From an uncultured Acidobacteriota bacterium (lineage in GTDB: Bacteria; Acidobacteriota; Blastocatellia; RBC074), in assembly GCA_963796275.1 (NCBI GenBank), contig CAWCKY010000007.1, forward strand, positions 672,001 to 736,000: DNA of 64,000 nt, read 5' to 3'. The position numbers and the translations under genes were made by a program. Positions 49,882 to 59,310 of this stretch are shown in pieces (position 1 is the first letter of the stretch; each line of letters opens with the position of its first letter). The notes under the pieces are model-generated. The model did no database searches and was not told the DNA's origin. It saw nothing but the letters and a program-made list of their open reading frames with translations.

Positions 49882-50712
49882 TTGATCAATATTTTTAAAA
49901 TTATTCTTTCGCTTACGATCGCGATATTTGTTATCGCATGTGGCACGGGCCAGGTGACCAGTTCCAGCCAAGACGCGAACAATCACCCGGCGAATCGGTC
50001 GAAGTCGCAAGACGTAGTTCAAACCTTCACCTATCAAGTAATCAAGACTTATCCACACGATACGGAGGCATATACGCAAGGGCTCGTTTTTCACGAGGAT
50101 GCTCTCTTCGAAAGCACCGGTTTGAACGGACGATCTTCAATCCGCAAGGTGGACCTGATGACAGGCAAGGTTATCAAAAAAGTTGATGTGGCCCCGCAAT
50201 TCTTCGGAGAGGGGCTCGCTCTTTTTAATGGCCGCGCGTATCAACTGACCTGGCAATCGCAACGCGGGTTTATCTATGACCTGAAAGAGTTCGGGTTGAT
50301 CAATACATTCAGCTACACAGGCGAGGGGTGGGGGCTCACACACGACGGGCGTTCATTGATAATGAGCGATGGCACCCCTCGCATTCGCTTTCTCAATCCC
50401 GATACCTTTGCCGTTCAGCGCATGATCAATGTCACCGACGGGTCGGTGCCGATCACTCAAATCAACGAGCTCGAATATATCAAGGGAGAGATATATGCCA
50501 ATATCTATATGAGCGAACGCATCGCGCGCATCGATCCGCAGAGCGGAAAAGTCACGGCCTGGATCAACCTCTCCGGGTTGCTTTCACCTGAAGATCGCAC
50601 GAAACCAATTGATGTGCTCAACGGCATCGCGTATGACGAGTCGCGGGACCGATTATTCGTGACGGGGAAGCTGTGGCCTAAGCTTTTTGAGATTAAATTG
50701 AAGTCGCAATAA
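49882..50712 (+). CDS. glutaminyl-peptide cyclotransferase (type I, beta-propeller), lipoprotein
   Basis: TTG start after AGGAGG; lipobox VIAC; HDTEAYTQGL, ESTG, FGEG, QLTW, EGWGL, NELE, VLNGIA and TGKLW. Confidence 0.93.
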   Translation: MINIFKIILSLTIAIFVIACGTGQVTSSSQDANNHPANRSKSQDVVQTFTYQVIKTYPHDTEAYTQGLVFHEDALFESTGLNGRSSIRKVDLMTGKVIKKVDVAPQFFGEGLALFNGRAYQLTWQSQRGFIYDLKEFGLINTFSYTGEGWGLTHDGRSLIMSDGTPRIRFLNPDTFAVQRMINVTDGSVPITQINELEYIKGEIYANIYMSERIARIDPQSGKVTAWINLSGLLSPEDRTKPIDVLNGIAYDESRDRLFVTGKLWPKLFEIKLKSQ

Positions 50713-50823
50713 TTCATGGAGCGATAAAGGCGAAAATATGCAAAAAAAGCGAAAATAGCCATAGGCGAAAATGGCCTTTTTTGACCTTCCGGCATCTTTT
50801 CCCCCTTTTTTGCCTCCTTTTTT

Positions 50824-50849
50824 GGAACCTTTCCTTTTCTCAGGTTGAA
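50824..50849 (+). promoter_or_regulatory. putative ECF-sigma autoregulated promoter
   Basis: GGAAC-N15-GTTGAA, 40 bp upstream of the ECF gene. Confidence 0.4.
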
Positions 50850-50889
50850 TTATGGTCAAAAGCAATCTGTGCTGAAATCATAAAACCTG

Positions 50890-51543
50890 ATGGAGATGCA
50901 AACGACTCTAAGTGATGACGAATTGTTGCGGATGTTGCGTGCCGGCGACGAAAGCGCGTTTGTCTCACTCTACCGCAGGCGTCAGGGCGGAATCTACCGT
51001 TTCGCACTGCGGATGAGCGGGTCTGAAGCAGTCGCTGAAGATGTGACACAGGAAGTTTTTATAACCCTCATGTTTGACAATGGCAATTATGATCCCGCTC
51101 GCGGGCCACTCGTCGCGTATCTTTATGGGATCGCTCGCTATCAGGTACTGCGGCGTATTGAGAAGGATCGCTCTCTCTCGCAGATCAGCGACGACCGTGA
51201 ATATCCTCGTAATGCCTCGAACGTGCCGAATGACAGGAACGACATGTCGATCGAAGGGCGGATTTCCCTCAATGATCCATTGAGCGATCTGACGCGGCGT
51301 GAAACGATAGAATCGGTGCGACAGGCCGTGCTGGCGCTGCCTCCGCACTACCGAGAGGTCGTTGTGCTTTGCGATCTGCACGAGATGAGTTATGCGGAAA
51401 CAGCTCAAGTTATCGGTTGCGCGATCGGCACCGTCCGATCGCGGCTCCACCGCGCGCGCGCTTTGCTGTTTGAAAAGTTGAGCACACGGAATGCTGGCAA
51501 AACGAATGGGCGTCAGCCTAATCTTGAAAATAGTCTTGTATGA
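50890..51543 (+). CDS. ECF RNA polymerase sigma factor (copy A)
   Basis: GDESAF, AEDVTQEVF, LPPHYREVVVL and IGTVRSRLHRAR. Confidence 0.95.
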   Translation: MEMQTTLSDDELLRMLRAGDESAFVSLYRRRQGGIYRFALRMSGSEAVAEDVTQEVFITLMFDNGNYDPARGPLVAYLYGIARYQVLRRIEKDRSLSQISDDREYPRNASNVPNDRNDMSIEGRISLNDPLSDLTRRETIESVRQAVLALPPHYREVVVLCDLHEMSYAETAQVIGCAIGTVRSRLHRARALLFEKLSTRNAGKTNGRQPNLENSLV

Positions 51544-52343
51544 ACTGCAAAGAATTTGAATACATCGTAAATGATCTCGCACGCGGGCGAATTATAGATG
51601 CTTCGTCGCGGGATGATGGATTGGCTCACGCTCAGGTCTGCGTTCAATGTGCCCGGCGACTAGCCAATGAGCGTACGATATGCGAACTGCTGGGGAATCT
51701 GGCGGCGGATGATCAAGAAAAGTCGGCTCCTTTGGCAATCGAATCAGCGTTGGTCGCGGCTTTTCGGCAACAAAAGACCATCGAGAGACCTGATCGGATT
51801 CGTCAGCGTTTCGGCCGATGGGCGCTGGCGGCTGCCGCGATTATCGTGTTCGCGCTTGGCGCATACGGATTGACAGTTCGTTTCGCGATCCAGTCGCCAC
51901 CGACGAAGAGGGAATCGACCTTAACCGAAAGAACGTCGCAACCGGCTCCTGTGCCGGGCGAAGTTCCGGGAGCCCTCGCTGGCGAATTCAAAAAGACCGT
52001 CGATGAAGGTCAACGGCGTCCGCCAGTGCGTCATCCCAAGAAACATCATCCGAAGGCATCGGTTCGCGAAAAGGCCCGCCCGCTCACCCAGCCGATACTG
52101 CTCAGAGATGAGCTGACGCTATACGCGGATGACGCGGATGTTGTCACCGATTTTATACCGTTGACTGACGGAGACAGCCTCAAGCCGATTGAGAGGGGAG
52201 AGTTGATCCGCGTCCGAATGCCTCGCACCGCATTGCTTAGGTTTGGATTGCCGATGAATGTCGAGCGCGCCGGCGTTCCCGTCAAAGCCGATTTGCTCGT
52301 TGGTGATGATGGGATGGCGCGCGCCATCAGATTTGTTCGTTAA
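51540..52343 (+). CDS. ZAS-type transmembrane anti-sigma factor (copy A)
   Basis: ATGA overlap with sigma; HAQVCVQC (HxxxCxxC), one TM and C-terminal DFIPL...GLPMN...KADLLVGDDGMARAIRF. Confidence 0.85.
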   Translation: MNCKEFEYIVNDLARGRIIDASSRDDGLAHAQVCVQCARRLANERTICELLGNLAADDQEKSAPLAIESALVAAFRQQKTIERPDRIRQRFGRWALAAAAIIVFALGAYGLTVRFAIQSPPTKRESTLTERTSQPAPVPGEVPGALAGEFKKTVDEGQRRPPVRHPKKHHPKASVREKARPLTQPILLRDELTLYADDADVVTDFIPLTDGDSLKPIERGELIRVRMPRTALLRFGLPMNVERAGVPVKADLLVGDDGMARAIRFVR

Positions 52344-52397
52344 AATATCAACCGCCGCAGGCGTTCGCGGCCCTGAATTGGTAAAGGAGAGTGACAG

Positions 52398-53744
52398 ATG
52401 AGAATGAAGATTACATTTATATCTTGCAGTTGCGCACTGGCGATGACCATCGCCGGCGCCGTTGCAAATGCTCAAGAGAAACAGGAGGAAAAAACGGCTC
52501 AACCTGCCCAATCTATATGGGAGGTTCCGGCACCCAACGGAACGCCGCGCAATTTGTTGATGCCGGGCTTCCCGGGCACCAGAGTTGCTCTCGAGGCGGG
52601 TATGAGCTGGACGATGCAGGGCCCGGATCGAACTATTCAATTCGCCTCAGCGGAGATGGGATTCGAAAACAAGGTAGTTCTGAATGCGGCTTTCTCCGGA
52701 GAGATGGTTTGCGAGAATATTCAAACGTTGAGCGATGGCAACCGGATCATAAATAGATCGACTATCTCGATGTTTCGAGATGGCCTGGGCAGGACTCGCC
52801 GCGAGCAGGTATTCAATCTGCCGGGTCAAGCCGCCGGCGGGCCGAATGAACGCAGAATGATCCATATCAGCGATGTGGTGGGAAAAACGATATATAGCAT
52901 CGATCCGACCAATCGCAGCGCGACCAAGTCAGTGATCGGATCCTTCATTACCCCCTCGGGCGCCCGGGCGACTGCGGGAGCAATGGTTCTGCCCGTGCCG
53001 AATGTCGCGGGCAGGCAGATGAGACTCTCGGGTGGCGTGTTGGAGGGGAGCGCGATCAAAAAAGTTGCGCCCGCTTACCCTATTCCAGCAAGGGAGGCGC
53101 GTGCTCAGGGTCAAGTGCAGGTGAATGTCACGGTCGACGAATCCGGTAATGTCATTTCGGCCGAGGTGGCGAGCGGCCATCCATTGCTACGTGATGCTGC
53201 GCTCGAGGCAGCCAGACAATGGAAGTTCAAGCCGACGACGGTCGGGAGTGAAGCGGTAAAGGTTCAGGGTCTATTAACCTTCAACTTCACGCTTCATGGC
53301 AAAGCTGAAGCGCCGGAGCCGGAGCCGGGGCAGGTTGCGTTCAGCACACCGCCGTTGGCGGCGATGCCGATGATCGACCTCGGCAATCGCGTCAAGGGCG
53401 AGAGCCGGACCGAGCAACTTGGTACGCAGATGGTCGAAGGGATCGCCGCTGAAGGCGCCCGTACTACTACCACGATCCCAGCCGGTGCAATCGGTAACGA
53501 AAGAGATATCAATATCGTTAGCGAGCGCTGGTACTCGCCCGAGCTGCAAATGGTCATTCTGATGAAGCACGTCGATCCGCGTTACGGTGAGACTACTCAG
53601 CGATTGTCCAACATCGACCGCAACGAGCCCGATGCATCGCTCTTCCAGGTCCCTGATGGATATGAAGTCAAGGAAGGATTCGGAATGAAATTCCTGGAAC
53701 AGAGGCTCGAGGAGATGAAAAAGCGGCGAGAGAACGAACAATGA
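52398..53744 (+). CDS. secreted protein: LolA/RseB-like beta-rich domain with an inserted TonB C-terminal domain
   Basis: Signal ANA-Q; RDGLGRTRRE; PAYP..AR....QGQVQVNVTVDESGNV...LLRDAALEAARQWKFKP (TonB_C); ERWYSPEL and PDASLFQVP. The LolA-like fold is inferred. Confidence 0.75.
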   Translation: MRMKITFISCSCALAMTIAGAVANAQEKQEEKTAQPAQSIWEVPAPNGTPRNLLMPGFPGTRVALEAGMSWTMQGPDRTIQFASAEMGFENKVVLNAAFSGEMVCENIQTLSDGNRIINRSTISMFRDGLGRTRREQVFNLPGQAAGGPNERRMIHISDVVGKTIYSIDPTNRSATKSVIGSFITPSGARATAGAMVLPVPNVAGRQMRLSGGVLEGSAIKKVAPAYPIPAREARAQGQVQVNVTVDESGNVISAEVASGHPLLRDAALEAARQWKFKPTTVGSEAVKVQGLLTFNFTLHGKAEAPEPEPGQVAFSTPPLAAMPMIDLGNRVKGESRTEQLGTQMVEGIAAEGARTTTTIPAGAIGNERDINIVSERWYSPELQMVILMKHVDPRYGETTQRLSNIDRNEPDASLFQVPDGYEVKEGFGMKFLEQRLEEMKKRRENEQ

Positions 53745-53980
53745 TAATTGGACGCCACCTTTGATTGACGCTATGCGACTTGAACTCGTATGTAAATAAT
53801 TACCTCAGTTATTTCGAGGTGGTCATCGAATAAGCCCCGTTCACCGCAGAAGCGCGGAGAACGTAGAGGAGGCGGCAGCGGAGGGACTGGTACCTCCGCT
53901 GTTCTATGCCTTTCCTATACGCTCTCCACGCCTCTGTGGTGAACGTGCTTTCATCTCTCGACCCAACTTCGGAGGTCCCT

Positions 53981-56900
53981 TTGCCGATTCGAAGAACTAT
54001 CTGCCTCGCACTAACCCTCACTCTCTTGAGTCTGGCCTCGCTTTCATTCGCGCAGCAAAAAACCGTTAGCAATCCAGCGCTCAACAGCCTCGCCGGGCAT
54101 CTTTCCGAAGCCAGCTCGGATGCTGAAAGAGAATCACTGCTGGCGAAGGAGCCTGATAAAGTGACGCGTGAGCTCTTGGACTTGCTTATAACACGGGGCG
54201 ACCAGGAGTTTATGAAGGCCAACTATCCGCGGGCATTCAACCTGCTCCAGAGCTCGAGGCTGGTTGCTGAACGGCTCGGTGATAAAAAAGAGGTGGCGAC
54301 GGCATGGCAGAATCTGGGGGTCGTTCATTTCGCCGAGAAACGTTACCGACAGGCGTGGGAGTCTTATCAAAATTCGCTGGCGATCAATGAAGAGTTGGGA
54401 CGAAAAACTGAGGCCGCGCGGCTATTGACGAGCATCGGGCTGGTTCAGTCGGCGATGGGTCAGCCCGAGGCATCTCTCGCGTATTTTCAGCGCGGATTGA
54501 AAATTCACGAGGACCTGGGGGATAAGATCAGCGTCGCAGGGGTTTTGGACAACATCGCCGAGCTGCACCTCGAACGAGGTAACTACGGACTCGCCTCGGA
54601 GAATTATCGGAAGGCGCTGGCGATTTATATAGAGGCCGGGGTCACAGACGTCGTCGCCAATCAATTGCGCAAGCTCGCTGAGCTTGAATATGAGCAGGGA
54701 AACGACCAAGCCGCGCTAGATCTTTATCACAGGGCTCTGGCGAAGTTCGACGAGATCAAGAACAGGAAGAGTCGCGGTTACATCCTGCACACCATCGCAA
54801 ATTTTCATTATACGCAGGGTGATTATGCGCGGGCATTGGGTTATTACCAGGCAAGTCTCACGGCCGCGGAGGAATCAGGCAGTAATGAAGGGGCCTCGGG
54901 CGCATTGCTGGGAATCGGACTCGTTCATTCTCTGAACGGCAATTACGTTCAGGCATTTCAGGCTTACGAGAAGAATCTTGGCATAGCGCAATCGCTCGGC
55001 CGGAAGGATACGCTCGCCATGGCGCATGAGAAGCTGGGGGGCGCGTATTACAACCTGCTCGACTATGCGAAAGCCCTGGAGTCATACCAGAAGGAGCTGG
55101 CTCTGCGCGTGGAACTCGGAAATCAGGAAGGGATCGCCGGATCGTTGCTCGATCTCGGCATCGTCTACACTGCGCGTGGCGAATACGACAAAGCGCTCGA
55201 CCATAATCAACGGAGCAGAGTGAAATTCGAAGCCGCCGGCAACATTAAGGGCATGGCTACCGCCCTACTGAATTCGAGTGAAGCCTACTATCTGATCACC
55301 GATTATGCTAAGACGCTCGAATTCGTCGGGCAGGCGGCTAAAACGTCGGTGCAGGCTGGCGATATGAACCTCTTCTGGCAGGCGCGCTATCGAGCCGGTA
55401 AAGCGCATTACAAGCTGGGGCAACTAGATGCGGCTAAAGATGCCTTCACCGAGGCCATCACCACCATCGAGACGAAAATACCTCTGATCAGCAGTACCCA
55501 GCAACCGCGTTATTTTTCCGAGGGGAAACTTGCGCCGTATCTTGGGATGGTCGATGTCCTGATTGCGCAAGGGCAGGGGAACGAGGCATTCGATTACTCG
55601 GAACGCGCCCGGGCCAGAGCGTTGCTCGTCATCTTGAAGAATGCGAGAGTGTGGATCAACAAGACGATGACGCCCGCGGAACAAAGGCGCGAGAGTAAGT
55701 ATCTCACCGAAATCGCTACGCTCTCCAACCGGATTTTCCGTGAAATGGAGCATGCGCGCCCAAATAAAGAACGCCTCGACGATCTGAATTCCCGTCGATC
55801 GAAAACTCAGCTCGAATACGATTCGTTCAAAAAGGGACTTTATGCGCGCCGACCTCTGTTGCAGGCAATGCGTGGTGAGGGGCAACCGTTGACTGTTCTC
55901 CAGGCCGCCAGATTGGCGACCGATCCGAAGACCGTGTTGTTGAATTTCGTTGAAACGGAAGAACGAGCCTACCTCTTCGCTTTTGCGAGGAACCGGAAGG
56001 GCATTACGCGAAAAGATCGAAGCAGGCCGGCATCCCCGATGCAGTTGCTCAAGATTTATGTGCTCAGCACAAATCGCGCAGATTTGGATGCGCGTATATC
56101 GGCCTATCGGCGGTTGCTCCAGCATCAAAATACTGAGATCGCAGATATAGAATCAAAATCGCGCGAATTATATGATCTGCTGCTCAGACCCGCGGAAGAG
56201 CAGTTGGCGGGAAGGACCCAGATGGTCATCGTGCCCGATGGTAGCTTGTGGAATCTGCCATTCCAGTCTTTACTATCGGGGCAAACGGAGCAGGCTGAGC
56301 AAACGGGGCAAACGGGGCAAACGGGGCAGGCGGGGCAGGCGGGGCAAATCGAACAAGCAGCAAACGGGCGTTATCTGATCGCGGATTATGCCATTTCATA
56401 TGTGCCCTCAATGACGGCATATCGCTCTATTCTAGCGATTCGTGGCAGACCGCGTAAAAGTGATAATCGGGAATTGCTCGTTTTCGGTAATCCGGCTTCC
56501 AGTCGAGAATCATCGCAGCGCATCAAGGCGATGCTTCCGGCAGATGAGATGGATCAATTGAATGAGCGGCAGAGCGAGGTCGAGGAGTTAGGAAAGCTAT
56601 ATGGTGGGCGAAGCCAAACATTCTCCGGTTCAGACGCGCGCGTCGACAAATTCAAAGACGAAAGCGGAAAGTACAGATTACTTCATCTGGCCACGCGCGG
56701 AGTGTTCAGCGATGCGATTCCGCTCTTTTCGCCCGTCGTCTTCTCGCCAACTGAGGATATCAGGAATGATGGTGTGCTCGAGGTCAGGGAACTCGTGGGC
56801 ATGAATTTGAAAGCTGAACTGACAGTGGTATCGGCGAGCGATGTGCCTTCAATACGTGGCGGAGGAGGCAGGGCGATGACCGGATTATCGTGGGCCTTTT

Positions 56901-57133
56901 ATATTGCCGGATGCCCGTCGACGATGATCAGCCATTGGCGGACGGATTCGCAGGCCGCAACCGAGCTGATGCTGGAGTTTCACCGTAACCTCAGGGCAGC
57001 GCTGCAAAATTCGCGGGCGAATGGGGCAAAAGCCAGATCGTGGCAGATGGCTGTCAAACAATATCTCGGAAAAGCGGAATACCGGCATCCGTTTTATTGG
57101 GCGGGATTTGAATTGTTGGGTAACGGGCACTAG
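53981..57133 (+). CDS. secreted TPR-CHAT domain protein with substituted catalytic dyad
   Basis: TTG start after GGAGG; signal peptide ending SFA-Q; about 10 TPRs; SERARAR, IVPDGSLWNLPF, HLATRG, VSASD and HPFYWAGF. Confidence 0.88.
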   Translation: MPIRRTICLALTLTLLSLASLSFAQQKTVSNPALNSLAGHLSEASSDAERESLLAKEPDKVTRELLDLLITRGDQEFMKANYPRAFNLLQSSRLVAERLGDKKEVATAWQNLGVVHFAEKRYRQAWESYQNSLAINEELGRKTEAARLLTSIGLVQSAMGQPEASLAYFQRGLKIHEDLGDKISVAGVLDNIAELHLERGNYGLASENYRKALAIYIEAGVTDVVANQLRKLAELEYEQGNDQAALDLYHRALAKFDEIKNRKSRGYILHTIANFHYTQGDYARALGYYQASLTAAEESGSNEGASGALLGIGLVHSLNGNYVQAFQAYEKNLGIAQSLGRKDTLAMAHEKLGGAYYNLLDYAKALESYQKELALRVELGNQEGIAGSLLDLGIVYTARGEYDKALDHNQRSRVKFEAAGNIKGMATALLNSSEAYYLITDYAKTLEFVGQAAKTSVQAGDMNLFWQARYRAGKAHYKLGQLDAAKDAFTEAITTIETKIPLISSTQQPRYFSEGKLAPYLGMVDVLIAQGQGNEAFDYSERARARALLVILKNARVWINKTMTPAEQRRESKYLTEIATLSNRIFREMEHARPNKERLDDLNSRRSKTQLEYDSFKKGLYARRPLLQAMRGEGQPLTVLQAARLATDPKTVLLNFVETEERAYLFAFARNRKGITRKDRSRPASPMQLLKIYVLSTNRADLDARISAYRRLLQHQNTEIADIESKSRELYDLLLRPAEEQLAGRTQMVIVPDGSLWNLPFQSLLSGQTEQAEQTGQTGQTGQAGQAGQIEQAANGRYLIADYAISYVPSMTAYRSILAIRGRPRKSDNRELLVFGNPASSRESSQRIKAMLPADEMDQLNERQSEVEELGKLYGGRSQTFSGSDARVDKFKDESGKYRLLHLATRGVFSDAIPLFSPVVFSPTEDIRNDGVLEVRELVGMNLKAELTVVSASDVPSIRGGGGRAMTGLSWAFYIAGCPSTMISHWRTDSQAATELMLEFHRNLRAALQNSRANGAKARSWQMAVKQYLGKAEYRHPFYWAGFELLGNGH
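56278..56350 (+). repeat. in-frame 9-bp tandem repeats (GGGCAAACG-like) inside the CHAT domain
   Basis: Encodes GQTEQAEQTGQTGQTGQAGQAGQI. Confidence 0.85.
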
Positions 57134-57213
57134 GAAAGTAAGAAAGAATCAAAACACAAAAGGGTTTTCTGCTTCAATGTATGGGGCACCTGTTTGAAGT
57201 ACCCATGGTGTAC

Positions 57214-57478
57214 CCGTTTGGAGTTCCGCGTTTGAGATCGCGTTCGGATTCGCGTTTGGAGTTCCGCGTTTACGCGGTCTTTATCTTCGGATGATTTCCT
57301 GACCGCCTGAAGGCGGAACTCCGAACTTCGCGTTTGGAGTTCCGCGTTTACGCGGTCTTTATCTTTCGGATGATTTCCTGACCGCCTGAAGGCGGAACTC
57401 CGAACTTCGCGTTTGGAGTTCCGCGTTTACGCGGTCTTTATCTTTCAGATGATTTCTGACTGCCTAAAGAGGCGGAAT
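57214..57478. repeat. ~78-bp REP-like palindromic unit in tandem x3 between convergent genes
   Basis: Copies at 57251, 57329 and 57408 (degenerate), plus a partial at 57214. Each is GGAGTTCCGCGTTTACGCGGTC...GACCGCCTGAAGGCGGAACTCC. Confidence 0.9.
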
Positions 57479-57509
57479 AGTCAGTACCCCCCAATCCTGG
57501 CTCGACAGT

Positions 57510-58397
57510 TTATTTGTCGAATATGTATCTAATCTGTAGATACAGGGAAAATTGCACTACCGGCTCGGTAACAATCGGATTGATTATGTAATCGAAATTA
57601 CCAGCGTCTTGAGTATTGAAGAAGAACGTCTCGTCCTTTCGCGCATCATTAACGCGATTTCGATCACTGAAAGCGCTTTCGCTCACGTTACCCGATTCAA
57701 ATGCCACATATGAGTCATAAGATTTTGCAGGAAAAATTGTGTTGTAAATTTCCTGAGTGATTTGAATCTGTGAACGGAATTTCAATCCCAGTAATTTGTC
57801 ATAACGACCGGCCTTCTCCTTGATTATTCGAGCGCTCTCTTCAAACAATCGTTCACGAACTGCTGTCGCATCATTGATCAGGTAATCGACTTTAACGAGG
57901 TCGTAAACATTCGATTTGGCTGCTGCGGCCATCAGTTTGTTCATCAATTCTTTCTCCTTGAAGTGAACGGAGACGGTCTTCTTGACAATGAATCCGGTTG
58001 CCTTTTCATTGGCCACGGTCCCTTTGATTTGATAATCATAGGTTCGAGTCTGCGTGGTATGATCGATCATCACATCTTCTGATCTAAAGCCGATATTTTT
58101 CAGTTCGCCACTGAAATTCTCGATTTGAGGATCGAGCTTCCGAATGCATTCCTGAATAGTGCGCCCCTCCTGTGAGAGGCCGAACATCGCTACATACTCG
58201 TCGGCTTTTATATTTATCTGAATATGCGCGGGAATTAACATTCCCGAATTATCCGGCATGGGAATCGCGCCGAGGGAAACCGGCGTACTTCCAAGTTTGC
58301 GATTTGCTTCCGAGTAAACTATGTTTCCACTGTTTTGGGCATGAACTTCAGCTGAAATTGCAATTATGCATGCAAGTAGACACAAGTATATTTTCAT
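57510..58397 (-). CDS. SIMPL (DUF541)-like periplasmic protein
   Basis: Signal VHA-Q; INIKADEYVAMFGL, GFIVKKTVSV, VKVDY and KAGRYDKLLG; lower GC than neighbours. Confidence 0.7.
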   Translation of the reverse strand: MKIYLCLLACIIAISAEVHAQNSGNIVYSEANRKLGSTPVSLGAIPMPDNSGMLIPAHIQINIKADEYVAMFGLSQEGRTIQECIRKLDPQIENFSGELKNIGFRSEDVMIDHTTQTRTYDYQIKGTVANEKATGFIVKKTVSVHFKEKELMNKLMAAAAKSNVYDLVKVDYLINDATAVRERLFEESARIIKEKAGRYDKLLGLKFRSQIQITQEIYNTIFPAKSYDSYVAFESGNVSESAFSDRNRVNDARKDETFFFNTQDAGNFDYIINPIVTEPVVQFSLYLQIRYIFDK

Positions 58398-58461
58398 TTT
58401 CACATCCTCCAAATCTATTCATCAAACTGTCTTTGTTGGATCCTGGTAGGTAGACCGAACT

Positions 58462-59295
58462 CTATTGTTTCGGCCGAATCTTCTTGCTTTTATGCTTAGA
58501 ATGGGCAGGCAAGCTGAAGAGTGAGCTATCAGGTGTGGTGCGGTTGATATTGTGCAGTCGGTAGATCGTTTCCCCCCAGCGCGGATCGCTGTGTTTACTT
58601 AACAGAATCGTTTGCAGATCCGGCGCATACCACCGTTCGTGTACGATCTCGATCGGTTTGTCGTTGCCGATCCTGCCCGCTGGAATCAGGATCGTAGTGC
58701 GCGTCCCCTCAGCTACGAAGCCTTCGATCACATCTTTGCCGAGAGATTCGATACGGCCGCTCTCGGATGACACTTCTGTCTCGGGAAGCTCACCGTTATT
58801 TGTCGTGGACATCGTTTTCGTGAACGCCGTGTCGCTCTCCGGGATTATCGTAGATGAAACGCCTGCGACCGGGTCGTTGATGAAGATCAGGTGTTGCTTA
58901 TCGTTACTGGTAGCGAAGGGCCCGGCAGTCGCTCCCGACTGCTCGCGCCGCGTCCGCCCTTCGCTGTCGCGGTAGACCGTGCCGGTAGTCCGGCGCGCCA
59001 GCTTTGTCCCGTCGCCTAATATTTGCGTAGTTTCAGCGACCATGTTGGCTGAATAGGGTATGTGCTTCACCACTTTCCCGATGAAGCTCATCTCGGACGA
59101 GATGAAACGCAGACCCGGCTCAGCCGTACCAGGTCTGCGCACGGGAGCCTCCTTCGGGCGCGGCTCCCGTGCACTACTCCCTGGCACGGCACCGTTCTCA
59201 CCTGCGATGGGAGGCCTGGCTGCCTGGGCGTTGACTAGTACGCTGCCGATCAAAAGCATTGCAAGGGTCGTGAACACTCTCATGATATTTCGCAT
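58462..59295 (-). CDS. secreted paralog of 52398..53744 without the TonB insert
   Basis: Signal VNA-Q; PYSA...QILGDG...YRDSEGRTRRE, IPAGRIGNDKPI..ERWYAPDL, DPRWGET and PDSSLFSLP. Confidence 0.8.
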   Translation of the reverse strand: MRNIMRVFTTLAMLLIGSVLVNAQAARPPIAGENGAVPGSSAREPRPKEAPVRRPGTAEPGLRFISSEMSFIGKVVKHIPYSANMVAETTQILGDGTKLARRTTGTVYRDSEGRTRREQSGATAGPFATSNDKQHLIFINDPVAGVSSTIIPESDTAFTKTMSTTNNGELPETEVSSESGRIESLGKDVIEGFVAEGTRTTILIPAGRIGNDKPIEIVHERWYAPDLQTILLSKHSDPRWGETIYRLHNINRTTPDSSLFSLPAHSKHKSKKIRPKQ

Positions 59296-59310
59296 TTCGT
59301 TATCCCTGTT

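Noticed and set aside
53825-53980. N-terminal extension of the CHAT ORF or a novel ncRNA
   Set aside because: It is a common intergenic palindrome (TTCACCGCAGA...TCTGTGGTGAA). RBS GGAGG with TTG 53981 gives a proper signal peptide.
57214-57478. CRISPR array
   Set aside because: Sequence between the palindromes is the same in each unit (no unique spacers) and no cas genes are present
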